From contig OZ252098.1 in NCBI GenBank assembly GCA_965248355.1, positions 4,512,001 to 4,576,000 of the forward strand: a stretch of DNA of 64,000 nucleotides. Direction: 5' to 3'. Made by a program: the position numbers and the translations under genes. This DNA is from Candidatus Latescibacterota bacterium (lineage in GTDB: Bacteria > Latescibacterota > UBA2968 > UBA8231). The notes under the pieces were generated by a model, which saw only the letters and a program-made list of their open reading frames with translations, did not search any database and was not told the origin of the DNA. This document shows, one piece after another, positions 30,625-40,137 of the stretch (position 1 is the first letter of the stretch; the number at the start of each line of letters is the position of its first letter).

Positions 30625-30956
30625 AGCTCGACCCCGTCTTCGCTGACGGCGCGGCGCAGGGCGGTCGTGGCCACTTCCAGGGCGGTCAGGTCCAGCCTGA
30701 AATCGGTCATGGCGGCGGCGCCGGCGGAGACCGAAAAGAACCGGGCCGGCTCGATCCCCTCGACGACGAGGTCGATATCCGAGCGGTCCGTAAACGCCCG
30801 GACCGGCTCGAAGGCGGATCCGATTCCGACGACCCGGCGCGCCCCCTGTTCAACCAGGTAGGAAGCGATGCGCCGCGCGTCGGCCAGCGCCAGCTCGCGG
30901 TCGCCGGACTCGAAGTGGGTGACCCGGATGTGATTGAGCAGAGCCTCGCGGTCCAT
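30621..30956 (-). CDS. Minimal nucleotidyltransferase (MNT)
   Basis: GARRVVGIGS...SDIDLVVEG...LDL; overlaps the HEPN gene. Confidence 0.88.
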   Translation of the reverse strand: MDREALLNHIRVTHFESGDRELALADARRIASYLVEQGARRVVGIGSAFEPVRAFTDRSDIDLVVEGIEPARFFSVSAGAAAMTDFRLDLTALEVATTALRRAVSEDGVEL

Positions 30957-30965
30957 GCCCTGAAT

Positions 30966-31820
30966 CTACAACAGCCTCCGCGCGAGGGCTTGCGATTCAT
31001 GCCGGTCCTCCCACGGGTCGGAGGCAAGACGGGCGAAGGTCCAGAGCCGCACGCGTTCGGGGTCGATGCCAAGCAACTCGGAGAACCGGCCGATGGTGGC
31101 GCCCGGTCTCGAGCGCAACCGGCCGGGACAGTTCAGCAGGTGCTGGGTGGCGTCGTAGGCGGCATCCCCGACAAACGGCTTGGGATCGATGACGAGCCAT
31201 GGCTGGCGCTGCGCTCGAAGGACATTGCCCGCGTGCAAGTCGGTGGCCAGCAATACATCAGAAGGTGGATCGGCCAGCAGCGCCTGGTAGATGCGCAATC
31301 CCTCCCTGGCGAGTCCTGGGTCAGGCCAGAGGGCTGCCTTCTCCTCGGACTCCCGGGTCCAGGCGGCGATCATCTCCGACAACGGCCGGAAGGGGTGGGA
31401 GTCAGGCACCGCACGCCACAGTCTCTTCAACAGTCCTGCCACGACAAGATCTTGTTCCTCCTCCGGCCGCCCTCGCAGGGGCGCGCCCGGCTCGCAACGT
31501 TCGAGGAGCATCGCGTTGAGCTCGCGGTCGGCCTCCAGAACCCGGACGGTTGGATCGCCGTTGCAGAACAGCAAGCCGTCGATCTCGTCCCGGGCCTCCA
31601 TGTGCGGCCATCCGAGCTTCAGCACCGCCGGTGTTCCATCTCCCCGGGTACATGGCGCAACCCAGGAACAGCTCGCGTCTCCATAGGGGACGCCAAGGGT
31701 CAGGGACCAGCGCTGCTCGAGACCATGGATGGCTCCGGGCAATCGATCCAGCCACGCCGCGCGATCGATCCGCTGGCGGAAATGGGTCTCCAGCCGTTCG
31801 GGAATCGGGACGGAGCTCAC
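30966..31820 (-). CDS. Aminoglycoside/hydroxyurea phosphotransferase-like kinase (APH(6)-like)
   Basis: AVLKL, AMLLERCEPG, TDLHAGNVL, WLVIDPKPFVGD; GTG 31820 overlaps the nuoN stop. Confidence 0.85.
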   Translation of the reverse strand: MSSVPIPERLETHFRQRIDRAAWLDRLPGAIHGLEQRWSLTLGVPYGDASCSWVAPCTRGDGTPAVLKLGWPHMEARDEIDGLLFCNGDPTVRVLEADRELNAMLLERCEPGAPLRGRPEEEQDLVVAGLLKRLWRAVPDSHPFRPLSEMIAAWTRESEEKAALWPDPGLAREGLRIYQALLADPPSDVLLATDLHAGNVLRAQRQPWLVIDPKPFVGDAAYDATQHLLNCPGRLRSRPGATIGRFSELLGIDPERVRLWTFARLASDPWEDRHESQALARRLL

Positions 31821-33244
31821 CCCAGCAGCGCCGCCACCGCCTCCGCCGAACGGTCCCAGAACCACCCCGGCGCCGCTCCCATGGCCAGCACCACCACGGC
31901 GGCGACCGCCGCCGCCGCCAGCGAAGCCCCGCCGGTCCGCAGCGGCTCCTCGTCCTCCGCCGGCGCGAAGTACGCCTGCCGCAGCACCAGCAGATAGTAG
32001 TACAGGGCCACCGCCGAGTTGACGGCGGCCACCAGCACGAGGGCGAACTGGCCCTGTTCGATGGCGGCCGAGAACAGGAACCACTTGCCGGTGAAGCCCA
32101 CCGTCGGCGGCAGTCCGATCAGGCCCAGCAAGCCCACGAGCAGCAGCGCCGCCAGCACCGGCGAGCGCCGGTGCAGCCCGGCCAGCGAGTCGATGGAGAC
32201 CAGGTCCCGGTCGCGGCCCACCTCGCAGACCACCAGGAAGCAGAGGAAGGAGACGGCGGCGTACCCGAGGCCGTAGAACAGGGCCGCCGTCAGCCCCGTG
32301 CCGTCCAGGGTCTGCACGCCGATGAGGGCATAGCCGCCGTGGGCCACGGCGGAGTACCCGAGGAGCCGCTTGAAGTCCCCCTGCCGCAGGGCCGCCAGGT
32401 TGCCCAGGCTCATGGCCAGCACGCTCATCCACATCAGGACCGTGCGGGCGGCGGCCGGATCCTCCTGCGGCATGGTCAGGGAGACGATGCGGCAGAGCAC
32501 GGCCACGGCGGCCACCTTCGAGGCCGAGGCGATGAAGGCCGCCACCTCGTGGGACGCCGTCTGGTAGGTGTCGGGGGCCCAGAAGTGGAAGGGGAAGACG
32601 GCGAGCTTGAAGAAGAACCCGGCCAGGGCCAGCAGCAGGGCGAGCCAGAACAGGGGCTGCTGCGACAGGGTGGGGAGCTGGGCGGCGATGTCGCCGAAGT
32701 AGGTGGAGCCGGCCAGCCCGAAGAGGAAGCTGAGCCCGTACAGCGACACGGCCGAGGCCACCATCCCCTGCACCATGTATTTGGTGGAGCTCTCGCCGCT
32801 CACGGCGCGACTGCGGTGCAGGGCCACGGCGATGTAGAGCGGGTAGGCGGACAGCTCCATGGAGATGTACAGGGTCAGCAGCTCCGTGGCGCTGACCAGC
32901 ATCATCATCCCCACCGTGCTCAGCAGCAGGAACAGGGGCAGCTCCGGCCAGGCCTCCTCCCGGGTCGTGCGCGGCTGGCGGGCGACGGCGGCCACCAGCA
33001 GGAAGCCGGCGGCCAGGAAGGTCTTGACCAGCTGCGAGAAGAAGTCGACGCGGTAGATGCCGGGGAAGAAGGGCTCCCCCGACAGGGGCCAGGTGTGGAC
33101 GCAGGCGGCCAGGGCGGCCAGGCCCCCGGCCAGGGCCAGGATCCAGCTCACCCTGTAGGGGGCCCCCGCGACCTGGGCCGCGAACAGGGCCAGCGCCGCC
33201 AGCAGGCACACGGTCTCGGGCAGAAAGAGGATGAAGTCGGTCAT
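31817..33244 (-). CDS. nuoN: NADH-quinone oxidoreductase subunit N
   Basis: LYISMELSAY, FKLAVFPFHFWAPDTYQ, KRLLGYS, GLPPTVGFTGKW. Confidence 0.95.
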   Translation of the reverse strand: MTDFILFLPETVCLLAALALFAAQVAGAPYRVSWILALAGGLAALAACVHTWPLSGEPFFPGIYRVDFFSQLVKTFLAAGFLLVAAVARQPRTTREEAWPELPLFLLLSTVGMMMLVSATELLTLYISMELSAYPLYIAVALHRSRAVSGESSTKYMVQGMVASAVSLYGLSFLFGLAGSTYFGDIAAQLPTLSQQPLFWLALLLALAGFFFKLAVFPFHFWAPDTYQTASHEVAAFIASASKVAAVAVLCRIVSLTMPQEDPAAARTVLMWMSVLAMSLGNLAALRQGDFKRLLGYSAVAHGGYALIGVQTLDGTGLTAALFYGLGYAAVSFLCFLVVCEVGRDRDLVSIDSLAGLHRRSPVLAALLLVGLLGLIGLPPTVGFTGKWFLFSAAIEQGQFALVLVAAVNSAVALYYYLLVLRQAYFAPAEDEEPLRTGGASLAAAAVAAVVVLAMGAAPGWFWDRSAEAVAALLG

Positions 33245-34716
33245 CGGAAGCCGGCGATCATGGCCGCCGTGGTGCCGTCGATCACGTCGAGCAGGGCCCG
33301 CGGGTAGAAGCCGAAGAACAGGAGCACGGCGATCAGGATCGCCCTCGGCACCAGGTGCACGCCCGCCAGGTCGAGGTCGCGCAGGCCGTTCCAGCGCTCG
33401 TTGACGGGCCCGAAGAAGGCCAGGGAGAACACGCGCAGGACGTAGACCGCGGTGAGCACGAGGCCGGCGATCACCGCCACGCCCATGACCGGGTAGGTCT
33501 TGAGCGCCGCCAGGAAGACGAGCAGCTCGGCCCAGAAGCTGGCCAGCCCGGGCATGCCGGCGCCGCACAGGCCGGCGACGATGAAGACCGAGACGGCCCG
33601 CGGCATCTGCGAGCCCAGGCCCCCGAAGTCGGAGATCGTCTTGGAGTGGGACCGGTCGTAGATGAAGCCGACGATGGAGAAGAACAGGGCCGTCATGATG
33701 CCGTGGGCGAACATCTGGAAGACGGCCCCGTTGAGGGCGTCGGCCCCGGCTTCGCCGAGGACGGCGAGGTTGAGGCCGAGGAGGACGATGCCCATGTGCG
33801 ACACCGAGGAGAACCCGACGACGAACTTGAAGTCGCTCTGGCGCATGGCCACGAAGGCCCCGTACACGACGCCCACGGAGGCGAGCACGGCGAAGACCGG
33901 GGCCCAGTGCACGGCGCCCTGGGGCAGGATACGGATGCCGGCGGCCAGGATCCCGTAGGCGCCCAGCTTCATCAGCACCCCGGCGTGCAGCATCGACACC
34001 GCCGAGGGTGCCGCCACGTGCCCCGTGGGCGACCACCCGTGGAAGGGGAAGAGGCCGGCGAGGACGCCGAAGCCGACGAAGACGAAGGGATAGACGAAGA
34101 TCTGGAAGTCGGGGTCGAAGGCGTGCCGCGACAGGGCCACCATGTCGAAGGTGCCCAGGCCGGAGGCGTGGTAGATCGACAGCAGGGCCGGGAAGAGCAG
34201 GGCCGAGCCGGCGAGCAGGAAGAGCATCAGCTTCATCGCCGCGTACTCGCGGTGGCCCGAGCCCCAGATCAGGATCAGGGGATACATGGGCACCACGGCG
34301 ACCTCGTAGAAGAAGAACAGGAAGAACAGGTCCTGGGAGAGGAAGACGCCGTAGACGCCGATCACCAGCAGCAGCATGAAGGCGAAGAACCCCTTCACCC
34401 GCTCCTCGAGGTCCCACATGGTGAGCACGCCGGTGAGGTAGACGATGGAGTTGAGCATCACCAGGATGGTGGTGAAGCCGTCCACCGCCAGGTGATAGGA
34501 GATGCCCAGGCTCTCCACCCAGGGCACCCGCTCGACGAACTGCATGTCCCCGGCGGCGGCGTCGTAGCCGAGCCACACCCGCAGGCTCAGGACGGTGGCC
34601 GCCAGCGCCGACACCAGGCTGATCCAGCGCACCGCGGCCCGGGCGCCGGCCGGCACGAGCAGGACCAGCCCGAGGGCGGCCGCCGGGCACAGCAGGATGG
34701 CGGTGAGGACAGGCAT
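33241..34716 (-). CDS. nuoM: NADH-quinone oxidoreductase subunit M
   Basis: LFFFYEVAVVPMY, PFHGWSPTGHVAAP, GVLMKLGAYG, QMFAHG, GMPGLASFWAE. Confidence 0.95.
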   Translation of the reverse strand: MPVLTAILLCPAAALGLVLLVPAGARAAVRWISLVSALAATVLSLRVWLGYDAAAGDMQFVERVPWVESLGISYHLAVDGFTTILVMLNSIVYLTGVLTMWDLEERVKGFFAFMLLLVIGVYGVFLSQDLFFLFFFYEVAVVPMYPLILIWGSGHREYAAMKLMLFLLAGSALLFPALLSIYHASGLGTFDMVALSRHAFDPDFQIFVYPFVFVGFGVLAGLFPFHGWSPTGHVAAPSAVSMLHAGVLMKLGAYGILAAGIRILPQGAVHWAPVFAVLASVGVVYGAFVAMRQSDFKFVVGFSSVSHMGIVLLGLNLAVLGEAGADALNGAVFQMFAHGIMTALFFSIVGFIYDRSHSKTISDFGGLGSQMPRAVSVFIVAGLCGAGMPGLASFWAELLVFLAALKTYPVMGVAVIAGLVLTAVYVLRVFSLAFFGPVNERWNGLRDLDLAGVHLVPRAILIAVLLFFGFYPRALLDVIDGTTAAMIAGFR

Positions 34717-34742
34717 GGCTCAGGGACCCTTGCGTTGCGCCA

Positions 34743-36590
34743 TCAGCGCATCCCCAGGTAGGCCGCCGCGAGGCCGATGAGCACCACCGCCCAGCCCCCG
34801 TAGAACTGGACCCAGCCGGTCTGCAGGCGCGTGGAGCCGGTGCCGGCGCCGAGGATGCCGAAGCCGAAGCGCTCGAAGTTCAGGTCCAGGCCCCTCACCT
34901 CGAAGGCGTGCAGCACCCGGGCGGCGAGCAGGGTGAGGCGCACGACCACGGCGCGGTAGAGGACGTCCACGTACCACTGCCTTGCGAACAGCGTCTGCAG
35001 CGGCGGCACCCGGCGGAGGGACCCTGTGCGCGGCGCCCCGGCGCGGCCGAAGTCGAGCCACGCCCACAGCACCCCCAGGGCGACCACGGCCAGGGCCGGC
35101 GCCATCGACGCCAGGCCGTGGGGCGCGGGCGCGACGCCGAGTCCGGCGGCGATCTGGCGCCCCCAGAACCCGGCGATCACCGCCCCGAGGGTGAGCAGGG
35201 CCACGGGCCCGGCCATGATCCAGGGCTCGGCGCGGCCCTCGTGGTGGCTGTGACCGTCCGCCTCGATTCGCGCCGGCCGCGTCACCAGGAAGATCATGCG
35301 GAAGGTGTAGTAGGCGGTCAGCAGGGCGGCGAGGAAGGCGGCGGCCAGGGCGGCCGTCGTCACCGGGTCGCCGCCGCCGTGTCCGAGACTGGCGAAGATC
35401 TCCTCCTTGCTGAAGAACCCGGCCAGGGGCGGCACCCCCGCCAGGGCGGCCCCCCCGGCCACGAGCCCGGCCGTGGCGAAGGTCAGCCGCCGTCCGCCGG
35501 CGCGCCCGATCCCCTCCAGATCGTTGGTGCCGCAGTGGTGGATGAAGAGCCCCGAGCACAGGAAGAGCAGCGACTTGAAGAGGGCGTGGGTGACCAGGTG
35601 GAAGACGCCGGCGAAGAGGCTGCCGGCGGCCAGCCCCATGAGCATGAAGCCGAGCTGCGAGATCGACGAGTAGGCCAGCACCCTCTTGATGTCGTTCTCG
35701 ACCATGGCCATGGTCGCCGCCAGCAGGGCGGTCAGCGCCGAGATCGTGAGGATCACGCCCGGCGTCCCCTCCGCCGCCGCGAAGAGGGGGTGCAGCCGCG
35801 CCATGAGGAAGACGCCGGCGGCCACCATCGTCGCCGAGTGCAGCAGGGCGCTCACCGGCGTGGGGCCCTCCATGGCGTCGGGCAGCCAGGTGTGCAGGGG
35901 GAACTGGGCGCTCTTGCCGGCGATGCCGGCGAAGATCAGCAGGGTGATGATGGTCAGCAGCAGGGGCGCCGCCGTGCGCACCAGCCCGGACCGCGGATCC
36001 AACAGGGCGGGGATGTCGAAGCCGCCGGCCACGTGCAGGATCATCAGCAGGCCGATGAACAGGCCCACGTCGCCGATGCGGGTCATGACGAAGGCCTTGG
36101 TCGCCGCGTCCCGGGCGGCGGGCCTCTCGTACCAGAACCCGATGAGGAAGAACGAGGACAGGCCCACCAGCTCCCAGAAGATGAAGGCCTGCAGCAGGTC
36201 GACGGCGTACACGAAGCTGAGCATGGACCACTCGAAGAGGCCCAGCAGGGCGAAGTAGCGGGTCCGGCCGGGGTCGCCGCCCATGTATCCCACCGAGTAG
36301 ACCATGACGCACAGGGTCACCAGGGCGACGGCGGCGCCGAACATCAGGCTCAGGCCGTCGAGGTAGAACCCGAAGCGCAGCTCCACGGGGCCGCTGGCCA
36401 ACCACAGGAAGCGCAGCGGCTCCACCGGCCCGGACGCCAGCAGCGCCAGCGCCCCCAGCAGGGAGACGGCGCCGCCGGCCAGGACCACGGCCTGGGCCGG
36501 CCGCGGCCGCCCCGCCAGGAACAGGAGGGCCACGACGCAGGCGGCGAAGGGCGCGCCGGTGGTGGCCAGGGCGAGGGTCAGGGTGTCCAC
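34743..36590 (-). CDS. nuoL: NADH-quinone oxidoreductase subunit L
   Basis: FIFWELVG, GKSAQFPLHTWLPDAMEGPTPVSALLHSATMV, HALFKSLLFL, GFFSKE. Confidence 0.97.
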   Translation of the reverse strand: MDTLTLALATTGAPFAACVVALLFLAGRPRPAQAVVLAGGAVSLLGALALLASGPVEPLRFLWLASGPVELRFGFYLDGLSLMFGAAVALVTLCVMVYSVGYMGGDPGRTRYFALLGLFEWSMLSFVYAVDLLQAFIFWELVGLSSFFLIGFWYERPAARDAATKAFVMTRIGDVGLFIGLLMILHVAGGFDIPALLDPRSGLVRTAAPLLLTIITLLIFAGIAGKSAQFPLHTWLPDAMEGPTPVSALLHSATMVAAGVFLMARLHPLFAAAEGTPGVILTISALTALLAATMAMVENDIKRVLAYSSISQLGFMLMGLAAGSLFAGVFHLVTHALFKSLLFLCSGLFIHHCGTNDLEGIGRAGGRRLTFATAGLVAGGAALAGVPPLAGFFSKEEIFASLGHGGGDPVTTAALAAAFLAALLTAYYTFRMIFLVTRPARIEADGHSHHEGRAEPWIMAGPVALLTLGAVIAGFWGRQIAAGLGVAPAPHGLASMAPALAVVALGVLWAWLDFGRAGAPRTGSLRRVPPLQTLFARQWYVDVLYRAVVVRLTLLAARVLHAFEVRGLDLNFERFGFGILGAGTGSTRLQTGWVQFYGGWAVVLIGLAAAYLGMR

Positions 36591-36599
36591 GTTGCCCGG

Positions 36600-36905
36600 T
36601 CAGCCCTTCAGCGCGGTGAGCTGCTCTATGTCGATGGCGCGCCGCAGTCGGTGGAGGTTGAGGATGATCGACAGGAAGATGGCCACCTCGGCCGCCGCCA
36701 GGCCGATGATGATGAGCACGAAGACCTGCCCCGTGCTCGGGTCGCTGACGCAGAAGCGGTTGAAGGCCATGATGTTGAGGCTCGCCGCGTTCATCATCAG
36801 CTCGACGCCGATGAGCACCGCGATCAGGTTGCGCTGGGCGAGCACGGCGTACAGGCCCAGGCAGAACAGGGCGAGGCCGACCAGCAGGTAGCCCTCCAGG
36901 TTCAC
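36600..36905 (-). CDS. nuoK: NADH-quinone oxidoreductase subunit K
   Basis: GVELMMNA, LAAAEVAI, ends LKG. Confidence 0.95.
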   Translation of the reverse strand: MNLEGYLLVGLALFCLGLYAVLAQRNLIAVLIGVELMMNAASLNIMAFNRFCVSDPSTGQVFVLIIIGLAAAEVAIFLSIILNLHRLRRAIDIEQLTALKG

Positions 36906-37408
36906 GTCGTCGTCCCCCGGCCGCTGCGGGCGATCAGGATGGCGCCGATGATGGCCAGCAGCAGCACTACGGACAAGGTCTCGAAGACGAGGTTGTAGTG
37001 GGTCAGCAGGGCGTGGCCGATGCCGGCCACGGGCCAGGTCTCGTGGGGGACCGGCGGCCGGTCCGCGAAGGGGGCCGCCCGCAGCAGCGGCAGCACGGCG
37101 GCCCCGAAGGCGACGGCGCAGAGACCGGCGAAGACGGCCTTGAGGCGGTTGCGCGGCGGCGGCGCCACGGTCATGGCGATGGACAGCATCATGGCGAAGA
37201 CGATGGCCACGGTGATGCCGCCGATGTAGATGAGCAGCTGCATGGCCGCCACGAAGGGGCTTCCCAGCAGCAGGAACAGCCCGGCCACGCCGAAGAGGCT
37301 GAGGCCCAGGCCGATGATGGCGTAGAGGATGTGGCGCGCCCAGGCGGCCGCGAGTCCTCCCGCCAGGACCAGGGCCGCGAAGAGGAAGGGGGCGGTCTCC
37401 TCGAGCAC
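36902..37408 (-). CDS. nuoJ: NADH-quinone oxidoreductase subunit J
   Basis: FVAAMQLLIYIGGI, FETLSVVLLLAIIGA. Confidence 0.93.
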   Translation of the reverse strand: MLEETAPFLFAALVLAGGLAAAWARHILYAIIGLGLSLFGVAGLFLLLGSPFVAAMQLLIYIGGITVAIVFAMMLSIAMTVAPPPRNRLKAVFAGLCAVAFGAAVLPLLRAAPFADRPPVPHETWPVAGIGHALLTHYNLVFETLSVVLLLAIIGAILIARSGRGTTT

Positions 37409-37412
37409 TCGC

Positions 37413-37970
37413 TCAGCTCTCCGGACCGGGTTCGGCGGCCGGCGCCGCCTTGGCCGCGGCGGCCTTGCGGCGGGCGGCCGCCGCCTTCCTGGCCGCCGCC
37501 TGCTCCGCCTCCAGGGCCCGCAGGCGGTCCCGCACCTCGGGCTCCCGCTTCCGCCACGGGATCAGCAGGTCGTACAGGAAGTCGCCGCGCTCGTACCCGG
37601 CCTGGTCGTACTCGCGGACGTAGCCCAGGGTGTCGGTGGGGCACACGTCGAGGCAGAGGCCGCACTCCGAGCACAGGGCGAAGTCGACGTCGAACCTGGT
37701 GGCCCTCCTGCGCTTCATGCCGTCGGGGCGCTCGCCCTCGATGTAGATGCAGTCCGAGGGGCAGACGCGCTCGCAGGCGCCGCAGTCGATGCAGTCGTGG
37801 GAGCCGATGCCCTCGATCTCGATGAGGGCGATGACGTTGCGGAAGGCCTTCGTCATCTCGATCCGCTCGCGCGGATACTGGGAGGTCACCGGCGGCCGGA
37901 AGACGTGCTGCAGGGTCACCTTCATCCCCGTCAGCAGCGACCAGGCGCCGAGGAAGGTCTGTCTCAGCAT
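37413..37970 (-). CDS. nuoI: NADH-quinone oxidoreductase subunit I (2x[4Fe-4S])
   Basis: VTSQYP; CIDCGACERVCP; CSECGLCLDVCP. Confidence 0.93.
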   Translation of the reverse strand: MLRQTFLGAWSLLTGMKVTLQHVFRPPVTSQYPRERIEMTKAFRNVIALIEIEGIGSHDCIDCGACERVCPSDCIYIEGERPDGMKRRRATRFDVDFALCSECGLCLDVCPTDTLGYVREYDQAGYERGDFLYDLLIPWRKREPEVRDRLRALEAEQAAARKAAAARRKAAAAKAAPAAEPGPES

Positions 37971-37980
37971 GCTCCCCGTC

Positions 37981-38955
37981 TCACAGTTTCAGGACCACGG
38001 CGGTCAACAGCAGGTTGATCAGCGCCAGCGGCACCAGCACCGCCCAGGCAAAGGTCATGAGCTGGTCGAAGCGCAGGCGCGGAAAGGTCCAGCGGACCCA
38101 CATCATCACCAGGATCAGGCCGTAGACCTTGGCGAAGAACCACAGCCACCCCGGCAGCAGCGGCCCGTTCCAGGCCCCGAGGAAGAGGATCGTGGCCACG
38201 GCGCAGACGATCACCATGTGGGTGAACTCGGCCAGGAAGAACACGCCGAAGCGCATCCCCGAGTACTCCGTGTGGAACCCGGCCACCAGCTCCGACTCGG
38301 CCTCGGGGATGTCGAAGGGCGCGCGGTTGGTCTCGGCCGTGGCCGAGATGAAGTAGATGAGGAAGGCCAGGGGCTGCACCAGCACGAAGGGCCAGGACGC
38401 CTGGGCGCTGCCGATCTGGTGCAGGCTCAGGGACCGCGTCATGAGCACCACGGGGATCACGGCCAGCAGGAGCGGGATCTCGTAGGAGATGTTCTGGGCC
38501 ACGGCGCGCACGGCGCCGAGGAGGGCGTACTTGTTGTTGGAGCCCCAGCCGGCGGCGAAGATGCCGATCACGTTGAGGCCCGAGAACGCCAGCAGCAGGA
38601 CCAGGGCGATGTCGTAGTCCTGGAAGACCCAGGTCTCGGTCACCGGCAGCAGGGCCAGCAGCGCCAGCAGGGGCGCGAAGACGAGGACCGGGGCGGTCAG
38701 GTAGAGGGGGCGGTGCACGTGGTCCGGCGTGACCAGCTCCTTGCCCACCAGCTTGACCACGTCGGCCAGCGTCTGCAGCAGCCCGAAGGGCCCCACCTCC
38801 GTGGGCCCGTAGCGCCGCTGGATGCGGGCGCTGACCTTGCGCTCCAGCCAGATCAGGGCCAGGGCGTTGACCGTGATGAAGCCCATGATCGCCGCCGTCG
38901 CCGCCAGCACGCCGATCCAGACGTTGGGGAGGCTCTGCAGGAGGCCGGGGGACAT
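37981..38955 (-). CDS. nuoH: NADH-quinone oxidoreductase subunit H
   Basis: ERKVSARIQRRYGP, ISYEIP, AETNRAPFDIPEAESELVAGFHTEYSG. Confidence 0.97.
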   Translation of the reverse strand: MSPGLLQSLPNVWIGVLAATAAIMGFITVNALALIWLERKVSARIQRRYGPTEVGPFGLLQTLADVVKLVGKELVTPDHVHRPLYLTAPVLVFAPLLALLALLPVTETWVFQDYDIALVLLLAFSGLNVIGIFAAGWGSNNKYALLGAVRAVAQNISYEIPLLLAVIPVVLMTRSLSLHQIGSAQASWPFVLVQPLAFLIYFISATAETNRAPFDIPEAESELVAGFHTEYSGMRFGVFFLAEFTHMVIVCAVATILFLGAWNGPLLPGWLWFFAKVYGLILVMMWVRWTFPRLRFDQLMTFAWAVLVPLALINLLLTAVVLKL

Positions 38956-38993
38956 GGGCGGCGCCTAGTGTCCCGTCCGAGAATTAAGAAGAA

Positions 38994-40082
38994 TCAACAA
39001 GGGCTGTCCGATGTCGCCGCCACCGTCTCCCGAGCGCGCTGGATCTTGCGCAGGATGGTCTCGCCGTCGGCCTTCCAGCGGTAGGGTTTGGGGGCCAAGT
39101 TCCGCTGCGCCAAGTAGGCTTCGATGTCGCGCACCAACTCCCCGACGCTGGCAAAGCTGCCGTCCCGAATCACATCCTGCGTCAGCTCGCCGAAGAACCG
39201 TTCGACCAAGTTCATCCAGGAGGAACTGGTGGGGGTGAAATGGACATGGAAGCGCCGATGCCGAGACAACCAATGCTGCACGCTCTCCTCCTTGTGGGGG
39301 CCGGCGTTGTCCACGATCAGGTGCAGCGACAGGTTCTTGGGCGTCTCGCGGTCGATCTGCTTGAGAAAGCGGAGCCATTCGACGTGGGTATGACGCGCCT
39401 CCAGACGCGCGATGAGCTTGCCGTCGAGGTAGTTGAGCGCGGCGAACAAGGTGATCGTACCGTGGCGCTTGTAATCGTGGGTCCGGGTGCGGATGTCGCC
39501 GATCCCCAGCGGCAAGCCCGGCTGGGTCCGTTCCAGCGCCTGGCACTGGCTCTTCTCGTCACAGCACAGCACCAGCGCGCGCTCGGGGGGATCCAGGTAG
39601 AGCCCGATCACGTCCCAGAATTTTTCCTCGAAGTGCGGGTCCGTGGAGACCTTGAAGGTCTTGGTCAAATGGGGCTTGATGTCGTTGGCCTTCCAGATCC
39701 GGTGCACGCTGTCCGGCGACATCCCCGCCGCCTGGGCCATCGAGCGCACGCTCCAGCGCGTGCGCGGCTTCGGCGGCTGCGTGACCGCGGTGAGGACCTG
39801 CTCGACCTTGTCCGCCGGCAAGCTCGCCGGCCGGCCCCGGCCCTTGGCGTCGTTCAGTCCCGCCAAACCCTCGCGATCAAAGCGTTGCGACCACTTGTTC
39901 ACACACGCCACACTGGCGCCCAACTCGGCGGCCACCTGCACCTGCTTGATCCCTTCGGCCCGGCGCAGGACGATGGCCGCGCGCAGGCTGTCGCGCTGGG
40001 ACGCGGAGGGGGCCCTGACGCGACGCTCCAACTCCTGTCGCTCGGACGCGGTCAACTCAAGGCGGGACACCGGGCGGGCCAT
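38994..40082 (-). CDS. IS630 family transposase (intact ORF)
   Basis: N-terminal HTH; DDE motifs CCDEK, IVDN, WMNLVERFF; YKRHGT. Confidence 0.96.
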   Translation of the reverse strand: MARPVSRLELTASERQELERRVRAPSASQRDSLRAAIVLRRAEGIKQVQVAAELGASVACVNKWSQRFDREGLAGLNDAKGRGRPASLPADKVEQVLTAVTQPPKPRTRWSVRSMAQAAGMSPDSVHRIWKANDIKPHLTKTFKVSTDPHFEEKFWDVIGLYLDPPERALVLCCDEKSQCQALERTQPGLPLGIGDIRTRTHDYKRHGTITLFAALNYLDGKLIARLEARHTHVEWLRFLKQIDRETPKNLSLHLIVDNAGPHKEESVQHWLSRHRRFHVHFTPTSSSWMNLVERFFGELTQDVIRDGSFASVGELVRDIEAYLAQRNLAPKPYRWKADGETILRKIQRARETVAATSDSPC

Positions 40083-40088
40083 GGCCTG

Positions 40089-40117
40089 AAGATAAGGCCT
40101 TGACTCTGTTTTTACAA
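40089..40117 (-). promoter_or_regulatory. Putative IS630 transposase promoter, probably leaderless
   Basis: TTGTAA (40117-40112), 17-nt spacer, TATCTT (40094-40089); 6 nt then ATG at 40082. Confidence 0.6.
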
Positions 40118-40137
40118 CTCATTTGTCGGACGCGACA

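Noticed and set aside
37413..37510. Ala/Lys/Arg-rich repeat at the NuoI C-terminus
   Set aside because: Ordinary low-complexity tail
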